The position numbers and the translations under genes are program-made. From Eledone cirrhosa (lineage: Eukaryota), in NCBI GenBank assembly GCA_964016885.1, contig OZ024743.1, positions 223,448,001-223,512,000 on the forward strand: a stretch of DNA of 64,000 nt, read 5' to 3'. The stretch's first letter is position 1. Every line of letters starts with the position of its first letter. The notes under the pieces are model-generated. The model was not told the origin of the DNA. It saw only the letters and a program-made list of their open reading frames with translations, and did no database searches. Shown here piece after piece: positions 1-13,400 of the stretch.

Positions 1-183
1 CTCCGACGGCAGAGCTGAAGCCGTTTCAATGGCTATTTCTGGACGTCCAGAAATAGCCATCGAAACGACTTGAGCTCTGCCGTCGGGGTCATACTTTCTC
101 CTATTACCCACTCAACTACCCTAAGTATTGAGTACTCTGGTGCATTATGGTCCATCTGGTTCCTTACCACAACTCCTTCGTTA
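1..183. mobile_element. Hairpin-ended ~200-bp TA-flanked element, copy 1 (cut by window edge)
   Basis: Palindrome centred at 44/45 (GGCTATTTCTGGAC|GTCCAGAAATAGCC), then a unique arm ending at (TA)n. Near-identical copies at 50958-51160 and 53213-53404. Confidence 0.8.
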
Positions 184-606
184 TGTATATATATATAGAG
201 AGAGAGAGAGAGGAGAGACAATGGAATTAAAGTATAAGATGCTGCACTGACAAAAATAATGAGATTTGGAATTTGTTAGATTGTTAATTTTGTAATTAGT
301 TAGTCACTCAATGGAGGATAGCATTCACAGCTTTTAAAGGTTGTGAATGCTGTTGATGTTCAGTTTGAAATTCTGGTGAGGAATAATTCAACAAAATGAC
401 CTGAGAGAGGAGTGAAAAAATGTAGGGTGCATTATATACCCTGTAGTCTTAAAAATGAATGGACATATTAGATATTGCAGCCCTAGATAAATTATGTCTG
501 ACTGAGAAAAAAATGAATGAGCATTCTTGGAATATCTTTCATCTTATATCATAAGTTTGCTCTGTTAGAACTAACCTATGTCACAACAACAACAACAACA
601 ACTTAC

Positions 607-789
607 CAACTTGACAGCCAATATTCCACATCATCACTGGAGTATAATTACTTGAATCAGTTCGAAGGCCAGCTGGGTATGTTCTAACCATTATTGATTT
701 GGTCAGTTGGCGGTTGGATTCAATCTCATTTTCTTCCAATAAGTTACACATTTTCATCTCACCAATGGATGTCATTTTGAAAGGGTTAC
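607..789 (-). CDS. PI-specific phospholipase C (delta-like), Y-box exon
   Basis: Acceptor TTTTTTCTAG and donor GTAAGT, phase 1/1. Encodes (G)NPFKMTSIGEMK...VRTYPAGLRTDSSNYTPVMMWNIGCQV, matching the PLC Y-domain signature RxYPxGxRxDSSNYxPxxxWNxGCQ. Confidence 0.95.
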
Positions 790-929
790 CTAGAAAAAAG
801 TATCATTAAATTATTCAATCAGGTAAAAAACAAACAAACAAAAAAAGAACACCTCAGTGATGAGGATGGTGCTAACGATGATGCAATAGCTATACTCGCT
901 CTGATCAATTGATAAGATCACAGACCTCA

Positions 930-1158
930 TTTGCTTGCCGAGTGGAGTGGACCATGTCAAATTGGACAAAGGAAACTTTTGTTTCCATTGGTCTTTCCAT
1001 TGCTGAAACTATCTACCGGTTACAACTCCTGGCAGAAGAAGCAACATAAAATACAGTGTCTTGCTCAAGGACACAACGCATCACTCGGTCCGAGAATTGA
1101 ACTCGCAGCCTCATGATTATGAATCCAACTCTCTAACAACTAAGCCACATGCCTTCAC
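930..1158 (-). mobile_element. tRNA-derived SINE, CORE-like family B
   Basis: Reverse complement of a tRNA-like head (GTGGCTTAGT...GAGTTCAATTC) followed by GTTGTGTCCTTGAGCAAGACAC. Many related copies in the window. Confidence 0.7.
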
Positions 1159-1280
1159 TTATAGCTGTACAATGCACAGCTATAGCTCTGATTGTCATCC
1201 TATCAGTAAGGTTAAATTAACTCTTAACATCTACTGAAAGACATTCTTGTAAAGTACAAAACAGCATTATGACTGCATCT

Positions 1281-1462
1281 GGATTGGCAGTATCAGTAGA
1301 GGATCGGACGCCATGCTTTCCAGCATAGTTACGTCCCTTTACGATCTGAGTTCAAATCCCACCGAGGTTAACTTTGCCTTTCATCCTTACGGGGTCGATA
1401 AAATAAAGTACCAGTAATGCACTGGGTAATTGCTGGCCTTGTGCCTAAAGTAGAAACAATTA
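1281..1462 (+). mobile_element. tRNA-derived SINE family A
   Basis: B-box GAGTTCAAATCC and core CTTTGCCTTTCATCCTTACGGGGTCGATAAAATAAAGTACCAG. Near-identical copies at 32866-33042 and 62590-62775. Confidence 0.85.
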
Positions 1463-2109
1463 AAAATTAATCTAATACTGCAAACTTTTGCAACAATCTA
1501 TCCACCATCAAAGATAGCAAATCCTTTTTAGAATAAACAAATTCATTTTGAATTTTCAAAACAGTTTTTAAAAATATTTTTTGCTGAATCATTATAATTG
1601 TGTAGAATATTAAGACTGTTTAATCTCAAGTAAATGTAAGCTCTTAGCAAAACAAGTGTCCTGAACCCACTTTATATTCACAATACTAATTTTCACTTAA
1701 TCTGCTGATGATTTTGTGAGTGACCTAAATTGAATTAATTCCTATTTTTCCATTTTTTTTTTAGAACACTAGCGCTGATGACCTTCAAGAGGTTTGAAGA
1801 TGACAGGTCAAACCACTTGACTATTTAACACATCAGTGTATGGAACAAATTAACATTTATACTTTATTACACATCTAAATGTCTGAGATATGCTTTTGTT
1901 ATCATAATAATAAGATTAAATCATTTTTCAGAATATTAACCTCATCTTCAGAGATGAAAAATTGCTTTTAATATTTACATTTACGTGAGCAAAATTGAGC
2001 ATCAAATAAAATACCATTGCAGTTGTTTGCTCTGGTTCTTCATATTCTGAGTTCAAATCCTGCTAAGGTTAACATAGTTCTCAGGGAGGTTAAATGTGAC
2101 AGTGAGTGA

Positions 2110-2262
2110 GAAGGCTGGCCCTTTGAATTACAGGTCTAACTAGTTTTTTCCAGCTAAGTGAACTGGAGCAACATGAAATAAAGTGTCTTGCTCAAAGACA
2201 ACTCACCACTAGAAATTGAACTTTATGATTGTGAGCGGATCACCTTAATTATTCAACTATGA
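2110..2262 (-). mobile_element. SINE family B, degraded copy
   Basis: AAATAAAGTGTCTTGCTCAAAGACAAC...AATTGAAC motif shared with other family B copies. Confidence 0.6.
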
Positions 2263-2312
2263 ACTTTGATGATTAATCTAACATCCTGATAAAAATATAC
2301 CAATAAACCTAC

Positions 2313-2538
2313 CATTCTCTACAGCATGTTCAATGGAAATGAACCTTTGGCTTCGAATTCCCACGAGTTCACTCAGAACCTTTTCTAATTTCACTTTCTT
2401 TGGATGCTTCACCTCTGGCGGCAGGTCGATGCCCTCTCTAGATGCCTCAGCTTTCTTCTTTTCTTCATCCATTTCTTCAGCTTCATCTTCATCACTGACT
2501 CCATCAATATCTGTAGCTAGGGGTGGCAGTTTCTTACC
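2313..2538 (-). CDS. PI-specific phospholipase C (delta-like), end of X box, acidic X-Y linker and start of Y box
   Basis: Acceptor TTTGTATCTCAG and donor GTAGGT, phase 0/1. Encodes GKKLPPLATDIDGVSDEDEAEEMDEEKKK...LSELVGIRSQRF...EN. The VSDEDEA motif is typical of PLC-delta. Joins the 789 exon in frame. Confidence 0.92.
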
Positions 2539-2698
2539 CTGAGATACAAATTCATATATTCATTTATTTATTCATTCAGTCACTCATTAGTAGAATCAAA
2601 GATATCTGAATTGATGAGATATTGAACTACTTGCTCATGAGATTAAAAGGTATTTTGTTGTATTTCTGGATAAAACACTTTATTCAACATTGCTTCAG

Positions 2699-2946
2699 TT
2701 AATGTGTTCATTACTATATTTCTGATGAGATACACTGCCCATGATTTCTAAATAATTTTGAAAATAATCAAGAATTTGCAAAAATCTATTAATATATCAA
2801 ACTTTCTGATTATTAAGTTGGTGTTTAGAACATAACTTAACAAAAGTTATTTAATAAAATTACGATGAAAGGCTTTTAGACAAATATAAACACTTTAAAA
2901 CAAACAGTTTTGTATCATAGAACCAAAGGTGGTTTCAGGTGGTTAA
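2699..2946. mobile_element. TTAA-flanked piggyBac-like MITE family 2 (other copies ~7015-7253, 32815-33218, 60130-60352, partial 3105-3230)
   Basis: Dispersed ~240-bp repeat whose best-preserved copy ends ...GTATCAAAAGGG-TTAA; shared internal AAATACACTG and CATAGAACCAAAGGTGG motifs. Confidence 0.55.
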
Positions 2947-3267
2947 CCTAGTTGTTTTGTGTTTAATTACAATTGATTAGTGTCCTATCCAGTAGGAGAT
3001 TTATCTTTACCATGATATGAAACCAGAGCTAAGTATTAACTTTTATGAGGACACATTGAGGCACAAGAAACATATTATTTTTGGACAGGAGATTAAAATA
3101 AAACTAACCCTTTCATTACCATAAAATACACTGTATTTGATTAATTAAAGAAGGATTTGGAGGGGGTTTGCTAAAATTATTAATTATTTCATTATTAAGA
3201 TGGTATTAGTAATATAACTTAACAAAAGGTCTCCTTATATTGGTGATACCAATTGAAATTATGTGGC

Positions 3268-3400
3268 ATTTGAAGGACAGTAACCTCACACAGTGATACT
3301 GCCTCTTTCAAATGGTATGTTGTGTATTTGAGGGACAGTAGCCTCACACAATGATACCATTTCTTTCAAATGATATTTTCTGTATTTGAGAGACAGTAGA
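3268..3400. repeat. Diverged ~58-bp tandem repeat, 2-3 units
   Basis: Recurring ATTTGAgGGACAGTAgCCTCACACAgTGATAC...TTTCAAATG. Confidence 0.7.
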
Positions 3401-3404
3401 CTAA

Positions 3405-4012
3405 GTAATCGACGATGTCACGATTTCTCACTCATAAGTGATTATCAAGACTACATATTCCCCTGCTTTTGCTGAAGCTATCGAAGCTGGATTCTTATAG
3501 AATTCTAATTATGTTTATGGGCTGTTGAAACTCATTTGAATACAGAGCAAGTTGGTGGCATCGTCGATTACTTTTGCCAGCCTTTTCTGAAGCTAGGTAT
3601 GTGACATTCATCACTGTCTTAAAATTCATAGCAAAAGGCCTTCAAAATATTTTAAAATAAACATACAGTATATTGTTAAATATACAATACATACATTCAT
3701 ATGTATATCGCTATTTCAGAGCACCAATACAAATTTCTAATTAATGCTGGCCTGGTTACCACTCTGTATGCAAATGTGTTTCAACAGCTCATAAACATAA
3801 TTGGAATTCTATAAGAATCCAGCTTTGATAGCTTCAGCAAATGCAGAGGGATATGTAGTGTTGACAACCACTTATGAGTGAGAAATGGTGGCATCATCGA
3901 TTACCTCCCCCTGCCTTTGCTGAAGCTAGGTATGTGACGTTTGTCACTACCTTAAAATTCATAGCTATAGGCCTTCAAAATATTTTAAAATAAACATACA
4001 GTATATTGTTAA
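3405..4012. repeat. Composite inverted plus direct repeat
   Basis: 3405-3548 is the reverse complement of ~3761-3905. 3555-3680 is directly repeated at ~3886-4012. Confidence 0.8.
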
Positions 4013-4117
4013 GTTTGCAAGAGATGTCAACATGAATGGACCTGTTATTTTCATCTAAAGACATTTTTTCCAATTCCAGCCAGTTTGTCCCCTCAATCTA
4101 TCTTATTTCTCATTATT

Positions 4118-4153
4118 TCTTCTGATGAAGGACTAGCATCCGAAACGTTAAGA
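4118..4153 (+). ncRNA. Minimal type I hammerhead ribozyme motif
   Basis: TCTT-CTGATGA-A-GGA(CTAGCA)TCC-GAAAC-GTT-AAGA: stem I TCTT/AAGA, both conserved boxes, palindromic helix III. Confidence 0.65.
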
Positions 4154-5009
4154 CCCTCTTCCTGTTATATCAAGCGTTAACCTAATATATCCCTTCCATA
4201 TTCTGTACCGATTGTGTTGTTATTTCTGTTTAGCTTTTACATACATATATATATTCCAGAGTGCAAAAATGGACGTTAAATGGTGATGAAATATATATAT
4301 ATAGACATAACTATATTGCATACTTCAGCTGCTTAGTGAATAATATTTTTGAAGAAAAGCATTTTGGGGAAAAGTTATAATATTATTTAACAGATTTTTA
4401 TTGATAAAAAAAATTCAACCTGATATTTAAAATAAAGTATTGTTTCAGACACATAAGAATTCAAAATATTGAAATATTAAAATTTAGTGCTTTTTCATTT
4501 TTAAGGTGTCCTGAAAGTGAAAATAAATTCAATGAGGAGATTTCACTAGAAAATGTAAATTTTTTTTTATACAGACAAAGTTTAGAGTTGTGCATGTATA
4601 GATCAGTCAAAATTTGAAGAAACCACTAATGGAAAATTAGAAAAAAATTGGTAGACACTTCAGGAGAGTTTCTTTTGTGGAAATCATTATGTGTGTTTGT
4701 GTGTGTGTGGGGTGTGACAGTGGAGTGTTCTTTCCTAATTGTACAAAATTCTGTGGGTTAAAATAATAAAATAATTTCGTTGGGCTAATGATGTAGATAA
4801 TTTATACAAAATATCATCATTTCATTGCTTGATTCAAAAATATTAAATTTTATCAAAGAAATTTATTACATAATTACAGATGAGATAGAGTTACTCTGGT
4901 GGTGAACTCCTATACAAAAATGAAAATGAAATTTATAGCTTGCATCTATGCAGGCATAGGTGGTCCCCTCCAAGGCTGCATCACATAGGAAGTTTTTAGG
5001 GTGCTTTTA

Positions 5010-5150
5010 ATGATAGGGCCTCCAGTCCTACTATGAAAAGCAGGAAGAAATGAAATGTCTTGCTCAAGAATACAACATGCCATATGGCTCAGGAATTGAA
5101 CTCACAACTATATAATCATAAGTTCAACAGCTTAACCACTAGGTCACCCT
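5010..5150 (-). mobile_element. SINE family B copy
   Basis: GAAATGTCTTGCTCAAGAATACAAC...GGAATTGAACTC...CTTAACCACTAGGTCAC. Confidence 0.65.
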
Positions 5151-5811
5151 TTAATTTATTGAAAAGGAAAGAATAACTTGAAAATATATTAACATCCGCT
5201 GTTTATATTTTTTATGTTTAGTCAGAGAGGAAGGGCAGTGTTTATGACCTTTTACAAGGCTTCTGAGAATGGTCTGAGGGAGGAAGCCAACCTCAAACTG
5301 GAAACTATGTCCAAAAGCTTTCATCAGAGTGGATTCTGCTAAAGACATCCAAGGGTCAGGGCGTGGTGTTAAACTGGGAAACATGTTCAGGTAACTGTCC
5401 AGGTAGGCCAAAGCAGGATTTGAACTCAGAACATAGATAATCAGAATAAATACTGCCAGACACTAACAATTTTGCTAATCCAATATCCTGGACTGTTACT
5501 TTATTTTATTGACCCTTAAAGGATAAAAGGCCAAGTTGACCTTGATGGGATTTGAACTCAGAGCACAGTGAACTAGAACAGAAGCTGATTGTAGAATTAT
5601 GAGTACAAATAATTTATTTAATAGTTGGGATCTATGTGAGTAACATTCTACATTCTCAAGCTTCTTTTAACTACAGTTAAAACTCCTGCGTTAAAAACAA
5701 AATCAAAGCAACTTTTGTTTTGTTTTACTGCAAGAATATGAGGACTTATGAATGGGAAGAGTTAATTGTATCCAAATAAAGGAATCATAAATTAATTATA
5801 TAGTATAACTG

Positions 5812-6120
5812 TGTAGGGATGTGATATAATGGTTAGGGTGTATGGTTCATAATTGTAAGGTTGTGAGTTCAACTCCTGGTGGTATGGTGTGCTCTTGAGC
5901 AAGAAACTTTATTCCATGTTGCTCAAGTCAGGAAAAGAAATGAGCTGTACCTAGACTTCAAAGGGCCAGCCTTGTCACACACTGTGTTAGGTTGGATCTT
6001 TCTGTGAACTATATTAAAGGTACATGTGTCTGTAGAATGCTCAACTACTTGCACGTTAATTTCACAAGCAAGCTGCTCTGTTTGAACAACTGGAACAGTT
6101 ATCATCATAACTGACTAAGG
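5812..6120 (+). mobile_element. SINE family B copy, forward strand
   Basis: TAATGGTTAGGGTG...GTGAGTTCAACTCCTGG...CTTGAGCAAGAAACTTTATT; body shares AAGGGCCAGCCTT with the 2110 copy. Confidence 0.65.
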
Positions 6121-8329
6121 TCCCCCACACATACAGCATTTAGTACAACAATGATTAACCGATATAGTTTGGTTGATAATAAAAACAATGGATTATTTTT
6201 GTTTTCAATATTAATATATTTGCTCATAATTTTCAGATAAACTATAGAGTAGCAGGTTATGTTTATAAATTGTTATTTAGAGTAAAATAAATAAACAAGC
6301 AAAACAAAAAAAAACAAAACACAGTTGGAAAGCTTGGTAAAACAACGTTTTTAGTAGAAATTTGTAAGTCAAAATAAGGAGCAACATTTAACAAGTTAAA
6401 CAAAGAATTTTGGTTAATTAAATAATTAAACAAAACAAACAGGGTTAAAGTAAGGTAAGGTGCAAAACAGGATGGGATAAGTTACTTATTTAAAAATAAT
6501 ATATATAGCAGTTTCAGTAAAGTTAAATATAACAGTTTCAGTAAAAATTGTAATGTTTTTTTCTTGATTATGAATGAGATATTGTGAAATTGTGAATCCA
6601 TCCAACCCATCTCAACATAGAAAAATGAGTATAAAATGATTATGATCACACACACACACATAAACATTTAAAACAGACATAAAACAATGATGATGATGAT
6701 GATGACTGGTTTTTAACTGCCCAAAGTAATCAAATTTGCATGGATTGAACAAAAAACTCAAATCAATCAGCTAACGGGTTAAAATATTTGATTCATTTGT
6801 TTATTTGTAGAGATATGCAGCAGAGTTCATTGTCTTCCCACCTGGGGAAAAGGAAGAGGGAACTAATAGGAAAAAGTGATGGAGGTAGTGCTGGTGGAGA
6901 TAGGAATAACTATAGTTATGTTTAGTTGAAGGTTAATAATTTAAGAAAAACAGTATACATAGGGAGTAAGTTCCACAATGCATTTTAGAGAAGAAGGATT
7001 GCAGAGAGGGATTAGTCCTTTGTTACAACATTTCTAAATAAATACACTGTATTTGGATTTATTAATAAAGAAATTGGAAGGATTTATTAAAATTATTGAC
7101 TATTTTATTACTAAGAGGGTATCTGTAACATAACTTAAAAAATTCATAATCAAATGATGCTGAAAGTTTATAATTTAAATAAAACCTATTAAAATGTGTG
7201 GTTGGTTTTGTTGAACTAAGGCAGTTTTGGGTGGGTTGGTATCAAAAAGATTAATACAAGACCTGATGTTGTGAGTTAGAGTTTTGGAAGTCTACCAAAT
7301 GTGGTGGAGGTGGCATCAGCTTTTGTTGTAACTGTTATTATTATTATGCTATAATTAAAATGTCTAATAGTCATTAAAAGCCCAGTCTATCCTTTGACAT
7401 TTATGGCTTTGCTAGAACCACATAATATTGACCTTCAATATAATGTGTGCTGGTGATGTATTTAGCTATTATCATTTCCTCAATATTGCTTTATAGTTAA
7501 AAACCCCAAAATAATGAGAGCCGTAAAAATGGCTTCGCAAATGATCAAGAAATGAAAATTACACCTCACACCTCACACCTATGCAGGTTTAGGTGGTTTT
7601 TCCGGTGTTTTAGTGTTAGAGTCTTATCAAGAACAATAAGTTGAAATAAAGTTATGCCACCTATGATGTTATGGTTGTGAATTGAATACCCTAACCATTA
7701 GGCCATATGTGTGTGAAGTAATAGGAATTAACAGAGCAGAAACAAAAGTAAAAATACCAACTCATCAGTTAATACAGAGATAAGGGAAAGAGAGATGGAA
7801 ACAATTTTATATTCAAAACATTGAGTAGTAATACAATACATAGAGACTACTGAGAGAACCTATATGTGATTGCTCATACTGCTAGAAATAGAAGTAAGAT
7901 TTTCCACAAAACAATCTCAATAAAGATTTAAAAAAAGGAAAGACACATTTGATAATATAGACCCCTGTTATATCAAAAAACCATCAGGAGTATTCAGAAG
8001 GATTAAAGTCAACACAACACATTAAGAACAATTAGCAAATAACGAACATAGGCAAGCAATGAAAGAAAGCAGGCAAACAGCTGTAAGTGGAGAGTGACAG
8101 TGTGAAGTAGTATTTTTTTAGGCTTATGAGGCACAAGGCCATAGGGCTTTCCGCGTGAGTGTTAGATAAATAATAGAACAAATGGTAACATGTAACATAT
8201 GGAGAGAGAGAAAAACAGACAGTTTAAAACCTATAATAGCAATTCAGTATGCATTGAGCTTTTCACACCTTACCAAATTAATAGTTGAATATTCCACTAG
8301 AATTACCCACATATTCCTATGTATATAAT

Positions 8330-8575
8330 AATAATGAAAATATTGTGTACAGTGCTCAGGTGCACTACAACTCATCAAAAGTGTATGTATAGTACATAGG
8401 GTAATGTACAAAGTCAGGAAAATGAACAGAGCATGAGTCATGATATACACATGTGTGCATGTGTATAGAAGGGGGACATCAGGTGTAGTTTTGGCGAATT
8501 TTGGGAAGCATGAGGGTTTTAAAGGATGCAGTGTCTCGGCAGCTAACAACTGACGCCGGCAGTTTGTTCCATGCT
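8330..8575 (-). mobile_element. Short 3' fragment of a CR1/L2-type LINE
   Basis: Minus frame reads AWNKLPASVVSCRDTASFKTLMLPKIRQNYT*, the typical ORF2 C-terminal WNxLP..V...FK motif. Confidence 0.6.
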
Positions 8576-8701
8576 TAAGTACAGATTAAAGTTTAAGCAA
8601 AGAATTGCTGCTTTCACCCTTTTATGGGATCTTCTGAGTTTTGAAGATCCTGTAAAAGGGTGAAAGTAGCAATTCTTTGCTTAAACTTTAATCTGTACTT
8701 A
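8576..8701. repeat. Near-perfect fold-back hairpin (~59-bp arms)
   Basis: TAAGTACAGATTAAAGTTTAAGCAAAGAATTGCT...GGATCTTC paired with GAAGATCC...AGCAATTCTTTGCTTAAACTTTAATCTGTACTTA. Confidence 0.9.
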
Positions 8702-9095
8702 TAATAAATATTTGCTCTATGGGTTTATATATATATATTTTTTTTATATATAAATATAATCCTTATTAGGTTATATAAGAGTTGTTAGGTTATATTAGAG
8801 TTTAACAATATATATCTTGGTAAAGATTATAGAAGTTTGATGCTAATCAGTATCCTTGGTCAATTGGTAAGTCAAAAGGCTGGATGATTTTCAACCTCTG
8901 TGGATTATGTTATGGACTGTTATGGCATGAATTGCAGAGTTCTATGCTCCTGATGATATGTAGAGCAACAGACTGGTTCCCAGTATATCTATTGAGGAAC
9001 AGCCCACCATCCTACATTGAAATGTTCGTAGAGTAAAATGATGTTGTAAATCTTAACTGGTTATTCATTGTTATTTATATATGCATACACACACA

Positions 9096-10420
9096 CATCA
9101 TCATCATCATTTTACGTCCGATTTTCTCTGCTTGCAAGGGTGGGATGGGTCCTATTCAGCACAGCATCTCTCCACTTGTCATGGTCCTTCGTCATCTCCT
9201 CCATGAGTTTCAGCTATCTGAGGTCTGCTCTCACCACCTCCGCCCATGTTTTTCGTGGTCTTCCTCTACTGCGTCTTCCTTCTACTGGGATTTCCTGGCA
9301 CCTCTTCACCCAGCGGTCATCCTCCATGCACATCACATGTCCATACTATCTCAGTCTTCTCTCCTGCACACCACAACTTAACTTATCCCTCTTATACCCA
9401 GTTTGCTCTCAACTCGTCCATGCTTGGTCATTCACGCACATTGACATTGCATATCTAACGGAGCATGCTTGCTTCATTTCTCTCCAGCCGTCGCATATCC
9501 TCTGCAGTTGCTGCCCATGTCTCACTACCATGCAGCATCGCACATCTCACTCAGGCATCATATAACCATCCTTTAGTACACAGGGAGAAACCCTTCTTTG
9601 TCAATAGAGGAAGCAGCTCCCTAAACTTCTTCCAAGCCGTCCTTATTCTAGATACTATGGCCTTGGAACACCCCCCTTCCATGCTAATCTGATCACCTAG
9701 GTACCGGAAGCTATCAACCACTTCTATAGAACCCACCTGCATTGGAAAAATGTGTCTATCACTGTGATTACTACTGCCAACTTTCCCTGTACATCTACTG
9801 CATACGTAGTTTTCCCTACCTGTTAGTTTGCCTGCTATCCCACTACATCTCTTGTGTACCCAAGATCTGCATTGCGTACATTTTATGGAATTTATGCCAG
9901 TTCCTTTTCTACATATCAAACAAGGCCATTTCCCTGATGGAATCAGAGTATTGTCCTCTCTTCTACTTATCAACACTTTTGTCTTAGCTAAGTTCACTCT
10001 CAGTCCTCTTGATTCCAACTGCTGTTTCCATAGCCAGAATTTATTCTCTAGCTCCTTTACTGAATCTGCTATAACAACCAGATCATCAGCATAGAGAAGT
10101 TCCCATGGGCATCCAGTCTTAAACTCCTCTGTTATGGCTTGGAGGACTATAATTAACAAGAGTGGGCTGAGGACTGAACCCTGATGTACACTTACTTGTA
10201 TCTGGAATTCCTTACTAAACTCCATTCCTACTCTAACTTTACTGACAGCACCTCTGTACATAGCTTGCACTGTCCTTACAAGCCATTCCTCCACACCTAG
10301 TTTCCTTAGGGACCACCAGATGACAGATCGGGGTACCCTATCAAAGGCCTTCTCTAGGTCAACAAAAGCTAAGTATAGTGGGTTATTCTTCTCTAAGAAC
10401 CTCTCTAGTAGTTGTCTCAT
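9096..10420 (-). mobile_element. 5'-truncated RTE-clade LINE (RT pseudogene)
   Basis: ORF 9551-10420 has [20 protein letters not shown] and a Cys-rich insert. Premature stop at 9551, (GAT)n tail at ~9096-9110, 5' end abuts (TA)n. Confidence 0.95.
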
Positions 10421-10448
10421 ATATATTTATATACATATATATATATAT

Positions 10449-13400
10449 ATCATCATCATCATCATCATCATCACCGTTTTACGTCCGTTCTTCCACGCTA
10501 GCATGGGTTAGACGGGTTGTCCTGTTGTGGGCAGTGTCTGGTCGGCTGACCATGCCTTGCTCATACAGGAACTGATCTGGCTTGATTTCTACAGCTGGAT
10601 GCCCTTCCTAACACCAACCTCATTTACAGTGAGTGCTGGGTGCTTTTTCGTGGCGCCTACACGTCCACTTTACAGTGTGGGCTGGGTGCTTTTTTGCCGT
10701 GGCACCTCCACGACCACCTTGCGGTGGGGGGGGGGGCATATTGTTTATATGCTTCAGCATGTACCCATGGGAGGTCGGGTACCCTGTATTACTGCGTGAC
10801 GCCAGAAGTCACGGTCGTGTGTCATTGACATTGAGAGGTGTAGTTGGGTAAGGTCGGCTTTTATCACCTCATCCCAAGTCATCTTGGGTCTCCCCACTCC
10901 GCGGTTTCCATCAACTTCTAGTGCTCTGCACCTTTTTATGCAGCTGTCATCCTTCATACGCATCACATGTCCATACCAGCGTAACCGCCTCTCCTGCACG
11001 CAGCATTTGATTCCTCTTATGCTCAGTCTCTCTCTCAATTCATTTATGCTTTGTCGTTCACGTATATTACTGTTACACATCCATCGGAGCATGCAGGCTT
11101 CGTTTCTCTCTAATCTACGTAAGTCTTCCACCTTCAGCGCCCAGGTCTCACTACCATGCAACATCGCTGTTCGGATACACGCATCATACAGTCTGCCTTT
11201 CATTCTGAGGGAGAAGCCTTTTGCAGCTAGCAGTGGTAGTAGTTCCCTAAACTTCTTCCATCCCGTTCTTACCCTAGTTATTGTACTTTCTGAGCACCCA
11301 CCTCCGTTGCTAATTCGGTCACCTAGGTAGCAGAAGCTGTCTACTGTTTCTACAGGGCCCTCCCAGAGATTGGTGGTACTTGTTTCCTGTGGCTGTTTGC
11401 TTGCTGTTTCAGTACAGCTGCTGCATGTGAATCCTACATTCTTAATTAAGCTTCCTGAGATCCCGCTACATCTCTTGTGTACCCATTGTTTGCATTTGGG
11501 GCAAAGAATGGAGTTCCTACCTACACCTTTCCTACATACTGAGCAAGGCCATTTCCCTGAGGGGATCTGGGTTCTGTTTTCTCGTCTACTTATAAGGACC
11601 TTAGTCTTTGTCATGTTGACTTTGAGGCCCTTTCTCTCTAGTCCCTGCTTCCAGGTTTGGAATTTATTCTCTAGTTCTACCATAGATTCAGCTATGAGTG
11701 CGAGGTCATCAGCATACAGGAGTTCCCATGGGCATCCGGTCTTAAACTCCTCCGTTATTGCCTGCAGGACTATGATGAACAGGAGAGGGCTAAGAACAGA
11801 GCCCTGGTGGACCCCAACCTGTACGCTAAATTCCTCGCTATACTCATTGCCAATCCTAACTTTGCTGACTGCTCCCCTATACATGGCTTGTACCGCTTTC
11901 ACAAGCCATTCATCTACTCCTAGTTTTCTAAGAGCCCACCAGATTACTGCACGTGGAACTCTGTCAAAGGCTTTCTCAAGGTCGACAAATGCCAAGTAGA
12001 GTGGCTTACTTTTAGCTAGGTACTTTTCCTGTAATTGCCTCACAAGGAAGAGCGCATCAGTGGTGCCTTTCCCTGGAACAAACCCAAATTGCATCTCGTC
12101 TATATTCACCCGGTCCCTAATCAGCTGTGCTATAACTCTTTCTGTTACTTTCATGACCTGGTCCATCAACTTTATACCTCTATAGTTTCCTCTATCTAGT
12201 GCATCGCCTTTACCTTTGTAGCAGTTGACAATGATGCTACTGCACCAATCTTTTGGTATGGCCCCCTCTAGTATTACCTGGTTAACGATACGTGTGGTTA
12301 TAGTGTGACCTACAGACCCAGATGCCTTCAGCATCTCGGCAGCTATACCCGATGGACCGGTTGCCTTCCCTATCTTCATATCTCTGATTGCCTTACTTAC
12401 TACGCTGCCGCTGACTTGTACTGCTGGTCCCTCTATAGGGTCTACGTGGGGTAGGGTCTCTTCTTCCCATGCATTCTCCTCATTTAGTAATCTATCATAA
12501 TGACTCTTCCATGCATCTTTCTTCTCAGCACTTGTGAGGGCAAGCTCACCTTTATCATTCCGGATACACTTCTCTCCAATGACATCACAACTATCTCTGA
12601 CACACTGCCTCGCAATCTTGAATACCTCCTGTTTCTGGTCCTCACGTTGTAAAACATGCTTGAATTTTCTATCCTCTGCTTCCCTCCTAGCTAAGTATAC
12701 TTGTCGCCTAGCTTCCCTCTTGGTCTCTATGTAATGTACCCTGCTCCCCCCGTTCTTCCATTCTTTCCATGCCTGTCTCTTGGCCTTGACTGCTTCATCT
12801 ACCTTATTGTTCCACCACCAAGTCACTCTCCTCCTGCTTGAGGTCTTACTCCAGCCACAAACCTCATCCGTCGCCTCTAGTAAGTTATTTTTTAGGAACT
12901 CCCAGTTCTCTTCTACGTTAAATGTCTCTATCTGTTCTTCTTTACTGTCGTAGGCGTTGAGTAAAATATCTTTAAATCTGTTACTGGTTGAGGGGACTTT
13001 CAGCTTCCAGATCTTTCTTCTCCAGGTTGGCCTCTGTTTCAGGGCTCGTCTAGTTCTGACCGTGAGGTCGCTGACAACTAAGCTATGTTGGGATGTACAT
13101 TCCTCACTAGGGAAGGCTTTTGTGTTTACGACCGTCCATCTGTCACGTCCTCTGATGAGGATAAAATCTAACTGACTAGAGTGCTCCCCTGATCTATAGG
13201 TGATCAGGTGGTTGTCGGGTTTTTTAAAGTTTGTGTTACATATCGACATGTCATTGGCGTCGCAGAATTCTAGAAGTCTGAATCCTTCCTCATTCCTTGT
13301 GCCAACTCCATGGCCTCCATGTACTCTATTGAAGCCGTCGCAGTGTTTACCTACGTGTCCGTTAAAATCTCCTGCAATGATTAGGAAGTCCTTGTCGTCT

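Noticed and set aside
1281-1365. tRNA gene
   Set aside because: A B-box is present but there is no full cloverleaf, and it continues into a multi-copy SINE body.
8641-8672. Hammerhead-like TTGAAGA...TGAAAG within the hairpin
   Set aside because: The core is degenerate with no convincing helix I, helix III or NUH site.
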